Assembly: GCF_000014785.1 (NCBI RefSeq)
Contig: NC_008340.1
Coordinates: 120,001 to 152,000 of the forward strand
DNA: 32,000 bases
Direction: 5' to 3'
Source: Alkalilimnicola ehrlichii MLHE-1
Lineage (GTDB): Bacteria; Pseudomonadota; Gammaproteobacteria; Nitrococcales; Halorhodospiraceae
Shown here: positions 26,252-32,000 of the stretch, piece by piece
Layout of the letters: the number at the start of each line of letters is the position of its first letter
How positions within the stretch are numbered: the first letter of the stretch is position 1
Translations under genes and position numbers: made by a program
Notes under the pieces: generated by a model
What the model was told of the DNA's origin: nothing
Seen by the model: only the letters and a program-made list of their open reading frames with translations
Databases searched by the model: none

Positions 26252-28075
26252 CTGAATTTAGATGATTGAGCATGCTTTACACCGCTAGGCGTTGTTGTGT
26301 CACGTGATATTGCTTATCGGTATTGAGGGCGGGGCGTGCAGCGGCTATAGTCGTGATATGTACACGCGCATCACCAAGTCGGGTCCACGCCGCTACCTGC
26401 AGTTGGTGCAGGGGTACCGGGACGACAATGGCAAGGTAAAGCAGCGGGTCGTTGCTAATCTCGGCCGCCTTGATCAGTTGGAAGCGTCAGATCTCGACGC
26501 CCTCATCAAAGGGCTTCAGCGGGCGGTGGGGCGCCCCGAGTCACTGCCCGAGGCCCCGCGCTTCGACACGGCCAAGGCCTTTGGTGATGTCTGGGCACTG
26601 CACCAGCTCTGGCAGGAGTTGGGGCTGGGTGAGGCCCTGAAACGCGCGCTGCGCTCTTCGCGCCGCCAGTTCGATGCCGAGGCCCTTATCCGAGCGATGG
26701 TCTTCAATCGTCTAGCTGCCCCGTGCAGCAAACTCGGCGTACTGGAATGGCTCCGTGAGGAAGCCAGTGTCCCTGGGCTTGATAGCGAAGCCATCCATCA
26801 TAAACAGCTCCTGCGCGCCATGGATGCGTTGGAAGAGCACAAGGAAGCCGTCGAACGGTCGGTGGCGGCCCAGTTGCGCCCGCTTCTGGACCAAGAGCTC
26901 AGCGTCATTTTCTATGACCTAACCACGGTGCGCATTCACGGCACCACCAGGGTGGCCGATGACATCCGCGACTACGGCCTGAGCAAGGAGACCGGCGGTA
27001 TTGGCCGCCAATTCGCCCTCGGCGTTGTCCAGACCGCCGAGGGCCTGCCCATCGCCCATGAGGTCTTCGAGGGTAACGTCGCCGAGACGCGTACTTTGGC
27101 GCCAATGATTGAGCGCCTGCTGGAGCGCTTTGCCCTCACGCGGGTAGTGGTCGTCGCCGACCGGGGCCTGCTGTCGTTCGACAACATCGACACCCTGGAT
27201 GCCTTGGGCGCCGAGCAAGGGCTGGCGGTGGATTACATCCTGGCCGTCCCCGGTCGCCGCTACCGCGATTTCGCCAAGTTGATGAGCACGCTGCATCCAC
27301 AACTGGCGGCGGCGGTCACCGAGCCGAGTGCCGACGTGGTGACCGAGACCACGTGGGAGGGTCGACGGCTGGTGGTAGCACACAATGCCGAGCGGGCGGC
27401 AGAGCAGACCGTCCAGCGCCGCGAAACCATCGAGGAACTGGATGCACTGGGGGCACAACTCGCGGAACGCCTCGACAACCAGGATGCTGGCCAGCCGGGT
27501 CGGGGTAGACGTTCCACTGATCGCAGCGCCTACCAGCGCTTCCACAAGGCAGTACTGGACAAGCGCATGGGCGCCATTGTTAAAACGGACCTCGGGGCGC
27601 CCCGGTTCAGTTACAGCATCGACACCGAGGCGTGGGCTCGGGCCGAGCAGCTTGATGGCAAACTGCTGCTGGTCACCAGCCTCAGCGACATGGAGGCCGA
27701 GGCTGTGGTGGAGCGTTACCGCTCCCTGGCCGACATCGAACGCGGCTTCCGGGTGCTCAAAAGCGAGATTGAAATTGCCCCGGTTTACCACCGCCTGCCA
27801 GAACGTATCCGGGCACACGCGATGATTTGTTTCCTGGCCCTGGTGCTCTACCGCGTCCTGCGTGGGCGGCTGAAGGCTGCCGGAAGCCCCCACTCACCGG
27901 AGAGGCTGCTGCGCGGTCTGAGGCAGATCCAACGCCACACCGTCCATGTGGGCAGCCAATCCTACGAGGGCCTGACACGGCCCAGCCAGGAGCAACTGGA
28001 CCTATTCGAGGTCGCCGGCGTGGAGGTGCCGAAGGAGCCCTGCTGAGCCTGTTGTGGCATTTTTCGAAATCTCAG
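26252..28075 (+). mobile_element. IS1634-family insertion sequence, boundaries tentative
   Basis: Transposase above. Only a weak terminal match was found: left CTGAATTTAGA (from 26252) versus reverse complement of right CTGAGATTTCGA (to 28075). No convincing target duplication. Confidence 0.5.
26358..28046 (+). CDS. IS1634/IS4-superfamily transposase
   Basis: MYTRITKSGPRRYLQLVQGYRDDNGKVKQRVVANLGRLDQL; LSVIFYDLTTVRIHG; YILAVPGRRYRDF; DKRMGAIVKTDLG; LSDMEAEAVVERYRSLADIERGFRVLKSEIEIAPVYHRLPERIRAHAMICFLALVLYRVL. Confidence 0.94.
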   Translation: MYTRITKSGPRRYLQLVQGYRDDNGKVKQRVVANLGRLDQLEASDLDALIKGLQRAVGRPESLPEAPRFDTAKAFGDVWALHQLWQELGLGEALKRALRSSRRQFDAEALIRAMVFNRLAAPCSKLGVLEWLREEASVPGLDSEAIHHKQLLRAMDALEEHKEAVERSVAAQLRPLLDQELSVIFYDLTTVRIHGTTRVADDIRDYGLSKETGGIGRQFALGVVQTAEGLPIAHEVFEGNVAETRTLAPMIERLLERFALTRVVVVADRGLLSFDNIDTLDALGAEQGLAVDYILAVPGRRYRDFAKLMSTLHPQLAAAVTEPSADVVTETTWEGRRLVVAHNAERAAEQTVQRRETIEELDALGAQLAERLDNQDAGQPGRGRRSTDRSAYQRFHKAVLDKRMGAIVKTDLGAPRFSYSIDTEAWARAEQLDGKLLLVTSLSDMEAEAVVERYRSLADIERGFRVLKSEIEIAPVYHRLPERIRAHAMICFLALVLYRVLRGRLKAAGSPHSPERLLRGLRQIQRHTVHVGSQSYEGLTRPSQEQLDLFEVAGVEVPKEPC

Positions 28076-28122
28076 TGCCGAGGAATCAATCAGTTACGTC
28101 CCTAACTGTCCAACTTGGGTGG

Positions 28123-28929
28123 TCAGGCACCGTTATCGCGGAGTTCCAATGTCAGGCACTTCATGCCGCCCCCTGACTTCTGGAACTCGGAGATGGGCAT
28201 GGGATGCACTTGCAGCCCCATTTCCCGGTAGGTGGCGGCCAGGCCCCGGGCCCGATCGCTCAGTACGATGTGTCGGCCATCGCTCACCGCGTTCAGGCCG
28301 TACCCAACGGCATCGGCCTCCGCCGCCTCGATGACGCGCGGCACCCGGCGGTGGACGGCCTCCAGGCCTTCAGCCGTGAAGGCATCTGGATACAGGGCCA
28401 CGGTCTGTTCATCCACGATGGTCAGGGCCGTGTCCAGGTGGTAGAAGCGGGCGTCGGTCAGTTGCAGGCTGACCACCTCCAGGCCGAAGAACTCGGCCAG
28501 CTCCCGGTGGGCGGGCTTGTCGCTGCGCCACGGGTACCCGGCGAACAGGGTGTCGTTCCACAGCAGGGCATCCCCCTCGCCCTCGAAATCGTGGCGGGGC
28601 AGGCACAGCGTGCGATAGCCGCGGCGGCGGAACCATTGCTCGAAGAACTCTGTCTCGCCCTGCCTCTCCGGTTGCCGGAAGCGGGGCAGGGCCACCCGGT
28701 CGCGAATCACCAGGCCGCCGTTGGCCGTGAAGACCATGTCCGGCAGGTGCTCGATGGGGTCGATCAGGTGGACATCCCAGCCCAGCGTCTGGGTGTAAAG
28801 CTGGTACAGGCCCTGCCACTGGGAACGGGCCAGCTCTCTGCAGACCGGGTCATCCACGTGCATCCACGGATTGATCTCGTACTCGATATCGAAGTGCTCC
28901 GGCGGACACATGAGGACGGCTTTGCTCAT
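28123..28929 (-). CDS. DDAH/amidinotransferase-superfamily protein (arginine deiminase-like guanidino enzyme)
   Basis: MSKAVLMCPPEHFDIEYEINPWM; PDMVFTANGGLV; FEGEGDALLWNDTLFAGY; FYHLDTALTIVD (His); KSGGGMKCLTLEL (Cys). Confidence 0.9.
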   Translation of the reverse strand: MSKAVLMCPPEHFDIEYEINPWMHVDDPVCRELARSQWQGLYQLYTQTLGWDVHLIDPIEHLPDMVFTANGGLVIRDRVALPRFRQPERQGETEFFEQWFRRRGYRTLCLPRHDFEGEGDALLWNDTLFAGYPWRSDKPAHRELAEFFGLEVVSLQLTDARFYHLDTALTIVDEQTVALYPDAFTAEGLEAVHRRVPRVIEAAEADAVGYGLNAVSDGRHIVLSDRARGLAATYREMGLQVHPMPISEFQKSGGGMKCLTLELRDNGA

Positions 28930-30548
28930 CGACCCCCGGCCTCCGCTTCCAGCCGGGCCATCAAGGCCTTGCGGTCCACCTTGCCGTTGGGGTTGAGCGG
29001 CAGCGCCTCCAGGGCGTGGATGACCCGGGGCACCATCACGCTGGGCAGCCGGCTGCGCAGCTGATCGCGTATCGCGGCCTCGTCGGCCGTCCCGGCCACC
29101 ACGAAGCCCACAATCCCGGCCGCACCGCTGGAGGTACGTGGCCAGCCCAGGGCCACGGCCTCGTCGGTGGCGGCCGCCTCGCGCAGGGCCTGCTCCACTT
29201 CGCCCAGTTCGATGCGTACCCCGCCCACCTTGATCTGATGGTCCATGCGGCCCAGGAACATGATGGGCTTGCCGGCCGGTGGGCGGCGCACCAGGTCGCC
29301 GGTCCGGTAGTGAACCGCGCCGTCCGAGGGCAGCCGGATAAAGGCCTGTTCCGTGCGCTCCGGATCGTTCCAGTAGCCCGGGGTGACTTGTGGCCCGCCA
29401 ATTAGCAACTCGCCCTCGGCCCCCTCGGGAACCGGTTGCAGGTCGTCATCCACCACGGTCAGCTGGACCTGGTTGCCCGGGTAACCGATGGGGACCATGC
29501 CGTGTTCACACTCGCCCGGCGAGCGTTCCGGGTCCCACAGGTAATAGGCGGAATCCACGGTGCATTCCGTGGGGCCGTAGGCATTGTCCACCCGCGCATG
29601 GGGGGCTGCTGCGGCCATCGCGGTGGCCAGCTCCGCGGACAGGGCCTCACCACCGAACCGGCACAGCCTCAGGGCCTGGAAGCGGCCCGGGCGCCAGCCG
29701 TCCCGCCGGTTCATGCCGTGACCGGCGGAGGGCGTGATATCGATGACGCTCAGCCTGCCCTCCTCGATGTACTTGTTGGGGTTGAACCACTCCTTCGCCG
29801 TGGGGCAGCAAAGGCAGGCGCCGAAGGCCCAGGAGACGTACAGGTCGAACATCGAGGAGTCGAAGGTGATGTCGTAAAACTGCGAGAAGCGGTCTGCCTC
29901 GCTGATCCCGAACGGCCGGTAGCGCTCCAGGGACATGGCGACGAAGCGCAGAGCGTTGCGGTGAAGCACTCCCACGCCTTTGGGCGTTCCCGTGCTGCCG
30001 GAGGTGAAGAACAGATAGGCCAGGTCGTCGGGTTGCACCGATGCCGGGCGCCAGTCAGACGGCGCACCCAACTCCGCGCGCGTCAGGAAACGGTGCTGCG
30101 GGAAGCGCGCCTGCAGTGCCTGGGCCGATTCGGCAAGGGGCAGCACCACGACCATGGGGACATCCATTCCAGGTAGCAAGTCGCTGAGCAGGGCCTCACC
30201 CTGCCCATCCGCCACCAGGGCCTGCAGGCCGGCCTGTTCAACCATCTGTTGGGTGCGTTCCTGCGGGAAGCCAGGGTTCAGCGGCACCACCGCCTTCCCC
30301 GCCATGAGCGTGCCGAGCAGGCCGCTGTAGACGGGCAGAGAGCGATTGGCCAGTACCCCGACCAACGGCGCCGTGGTCTCCGGCATGGCGCTTTGCAGGG
30401 CAGCACCGACCGCTGCGGCTTGGTGGTAGAGGTCGCTGTAGCTGTACTGCGCCCCTTGTACCTCTAGCGCGGGGCGACCGGAGTGGCGGTCGACGGATTG
30501 CAAGAAACCCTGGTGGAGACCGTAGATGCCGTCGAACCCTGTTGCCAT
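28926..30548 (-). CDS. stand-alone amino-acid adenylation protein (NRPS A-domain type, no carrier domain)
   Basis: Open from 30617; ATG 30548 with upstream AAAGGAG. LAYLFFTSGSTGTPKGVGVLHRN (A3), FYDITFDSSMFDLYVSW (A4 with Asp), NAYGPTECTVDSA (A5), YRTGDLVRR (A7), PLNPNGKVDRKALM (A10) then ends. Confidence 0.92.
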   Translation of the reverse strand: MATGFDGIYGLHQGFLQSVDRHSGRPALEVQGAQYSYSDLYHQAAAVGAALQSAMPETTAPLVGVLANRSLPVYSGLLGTLMAGKAVVPLNPGFPQERTQQMVEQAGLQALVADGQGEALLSDLLPGMDVPMVVVLPLAESAQALQARFPQHRFLTRAELGAPSDWRPASVQPDDLAYLFFTSGSTGTPKGVGVLHRNALRFVAMSLERYRPFGISEADRFSQFYDITFDSSMFDLYVSWAFGACLCCPTAKEWFNPNKYIEEGRLSVIDITPSAGHGMNRRDGWRPGRFQALRLCRFGGEALSAELATAMAAAAPHARVDNAYGPTECTVDSAYYLWDPERSPGECEHGMVPIGYPGNQVQLTVVDDDLQPVPEGAEGELLIGGPQVTPGYWNDPERTEQAFIRLPSDGAVHYRTGDLVRRPPAGKPIMFLGRMDHQIKVGGVRIELGEVEQALREAAATDEAVALGWPRTSSGAAGIVGFVVAGTADEAAIRDQLRSRLPSVMVPRVIHALEALPLNPNGKVDRKALMARLEAEAGGR

Positions 30549-30705
30549 CTTCTGTCGCGCTCCTTTGTCGGTGACACGGGCACTGTTGTCACTGTGTTGC
30601 CTGCCGCTAACGGCCAATATGGTTTGCAGGCGGATCTACTGCTCAGATTAGCAGTCAGGGGTGAGACTTCAGGGGTGGCGGCGCTCCGCCGGGCGGGCCT
30701 GGCGC

Positions 30706-32000
30706 TTAACGCCCCTTGAAGAGACCCATGGCCAGGCTCATCCCGGCGTAGCGCCAACTGCCCAGGTGGCGGGGGTGGTGGCGCAGCGCCTCCAGGAAGG
30801 ACCGGCTGGCCCTGCGGGGGTTACCGCTCCAGTAGTGGTGATAGCCAAAGTCAAAGCAGGTGCCGGCCAGGCGTCGCTCGACGGCCTTGCGGTCGGAGCG
30901 TTCACCGGTGGGTCCCTCCAGCCCCCAGCGGGCCAACGCCTTTTCCACCACCAGCTTTTCGTAGTTGATGTCCGGCCATTGGGTGATGCAGCCGCTGCCG
31001 TGCAATCGGTACAGCGCGAACACCCGGTCCAGCTGGTGGATCTCGGTGTGGCGGGAGGCCCGCAGCCAGTAGTCGTAATCCTGACCCCGTTTCAGTTCGG
31101 GATCGAACCGGCCGACCTGCTCGATCAGCTCACGGCGGGCCATGACCGTGATGGTGTGCAGTAGCGAGCCAAAGAGCAGCCGGTTGTAGAGCCAGCCGGA
31201 GCCTTCGGTCAGCAGCGGGATCTCTTCCGGAGGTACCCCGGTATCAGGTGTTGCCGGTGCCAGGGCTTCGGGTGGGGGGAAGGCCTTGGACTGCTTGTCC
31301 CGTTTCCAGGGCAGCCAGTCCGAGTAGATCATGCCCACATCCGGGTGCGCCTCCAGGTACCCCACCTGCGCCGTCAGCTTGCCCGGCAGCCACACGTCGT
31401 CGGAATCCAGAAAGGCGATGTACTCCCCCTGGGCGGCATCCAGGCCCTGGTTCCGGGCCACCGCCGAGCCCTGGTTGGCCTGGGTCAACAGCCGTACCCG
31501 GTCACCGTAGGCTTGCACCCGGGCCACCGTGTCGTCACTGGAGCCATCGTCGATGACAATTAGCTCCTTGTGCGGGTAGTCCTGGGCCAGGACGCTGTCG
31601 ATGGCCTCCTCGATGTAACTGGCGGCGTTGAACGCCGGCATGATCACCGAAACCAGGGGCTGGGCGCTTGCATCGGCCGCTTGCGCTGCTGCCGCCGGGC
31701 CGCGCTGGAGGCAACCCAGCGTCCGTTGCCACAGCGCAGGTACCGTGCGGATCTCCTGGGTGGACCAGAAGGGTTCGCCGGGCACCACTGCGGCCTGCAC
31801 CGCGATACCGGCCTCCTGCCAGTCGTCCACCAGCCGCTGACTGGCAGGAGGCAGCTGCGGGGCATCCCCCTGCATCACTTCCACCCAGTGCACCTCGACG
31901 CCATCGGGCGGTTGCTGCAAACGGGCCTGCTCCAGCGCCTGGGCCAGGGCCGGTGCCAGTGGGTAGCCGGCGATCTCCAGGGTCTCGCCGCCGGCCAGGC
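30706..32000 (-). CDS. Partial CDS (5' end beyond window): C-terminus of exosortase A-associated hydrolase 2 fused to GT2 glycosyltransferase
   Basis: Frame stays open from 31920 to the window edge (LAGGETLEIAGYPLAPALAQALEQARLQQPPDGVEVHWVEV...GIAVQAAVVPGEPFWSTQEIRTVPALWQRTLGCL), then LVSVIMPAFNAASYIEEAIDSVLAQDYPHKELIVIDDGSSDD...LDSDD. Confidence 0.8.
   Translation of the reverse strand, partial: LAGGETLEIAGYPLAPALAQALEQARLQQPPDGVEVHWVEVMQGDAPQLPPASQRLVDDWQEAGIAVQAAVVPGEPFWSTQEIRTVPALWQRTLGCLQRGPAAAAQAADASAQPLVSVIMPAFNAASYIEEAIDSVLAQDYPHKELIVIDDGSSDDTVARVQAYGDRVRLLTQANQGSAVARNQGLDAAQGEYIAFLDSDDVWLPGKLTAQVGYLEAHPDVGMIYSDWLPWKRDKQSKAFPPPEALAPATPDTGVPPEEIPLLTEGSGWLYNRLLFGSLLHTITVMARRELIEQVGRFDPELKRGQDYDYWLRASRHTEIHQLDRVFALYRLHGSGCITQWPDINYEKLVVEKALARWGLEGPTGERSDRKAVERRLAGTCFDFGYHHYWSGNPRRASRSFLEALRHHPRHLGSWRYAGMSLAMGLFKGR

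Noticed and set aside
26919-27893. 324-aa minus-strand ORF
   Set aside because: Antisense shadow of the IS1634 transposase.
26252-28075. Possible target-site duplication for the IS1634 element
   Set aside because: Bases outside the tentative ends (…GTAACCTG and TGCCGAGG…) do not match; IS ends left unresolved.
28204-29064. 286-aa plus-strand ORF
   Set aside because: Antisense to the DDAH-family gene; no family signature.
1-32000. CRISPR arrays, tRNA/rRNA genes, toxin-antitoxin or phage-defence modules
   Set aside because: No regularly spaced repeats, no recognised tRNA/rRNA sequence and no defence-type protein motifs seen while reading; the locus is explained by glycan biosynthesis and IS elements.

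Overview
The window is a high-GC proteobacterial exopolysaccharide/glycan locus of the exosortase A (XrtA, PEP-CTERM) type, cut by lower-GC cargo segments and by insertion sequences. Left to right it carries: a PEP-CTERM protein; wecB-like UDP-GlcNAc 2-epimerase; two polysaccharide deacetylase-like genes flanking a reversed inorganic-pyrophosphatase-like gene; a FemAB/GNAT-like gene; a lower-GC leftward block (GNAT, second FemAB-like protein, GT2); an ISL3 element inserted in the 3' end of a degenerate IS481-type transposase; an O-antigen-ligase-like protein; two poorly characterised proteins; an ABC exporter; two glycosyltransferase-like genes; a sulfotransferase; the XrtA-associated AMP ligase and PLP decarboxylase; an AT-rich ATP-grasp gene; XrtA hydrolase 1; an IS1634-type transposase; and a leftward block of DDAH/amidinotransferase-family protein, stand-alone amino-acid adenylation protein, and an ORF that runs off the right edge. 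The points most worth a second look are: (1) the right-edge ORF reads as the C-terminus of XrtA hydrolase 2 fused in frame to a GT2 glycosyltransferase; (2) a translationally coupled adenylation-domain/DDAH-family pair next to the ligase/decarboxylase/ATP-grasp/hydrolase genes, a possible amino-acid or amine decoration pathway; (3) a precisely resolved nested IS event with an 8-bp target duplication TGGCTTTG. No exosortase, chain-length protein or secretin, RNA gene or CRISPR array was seen in the window. All family calls come from reading motifs by eye; no database search was run.
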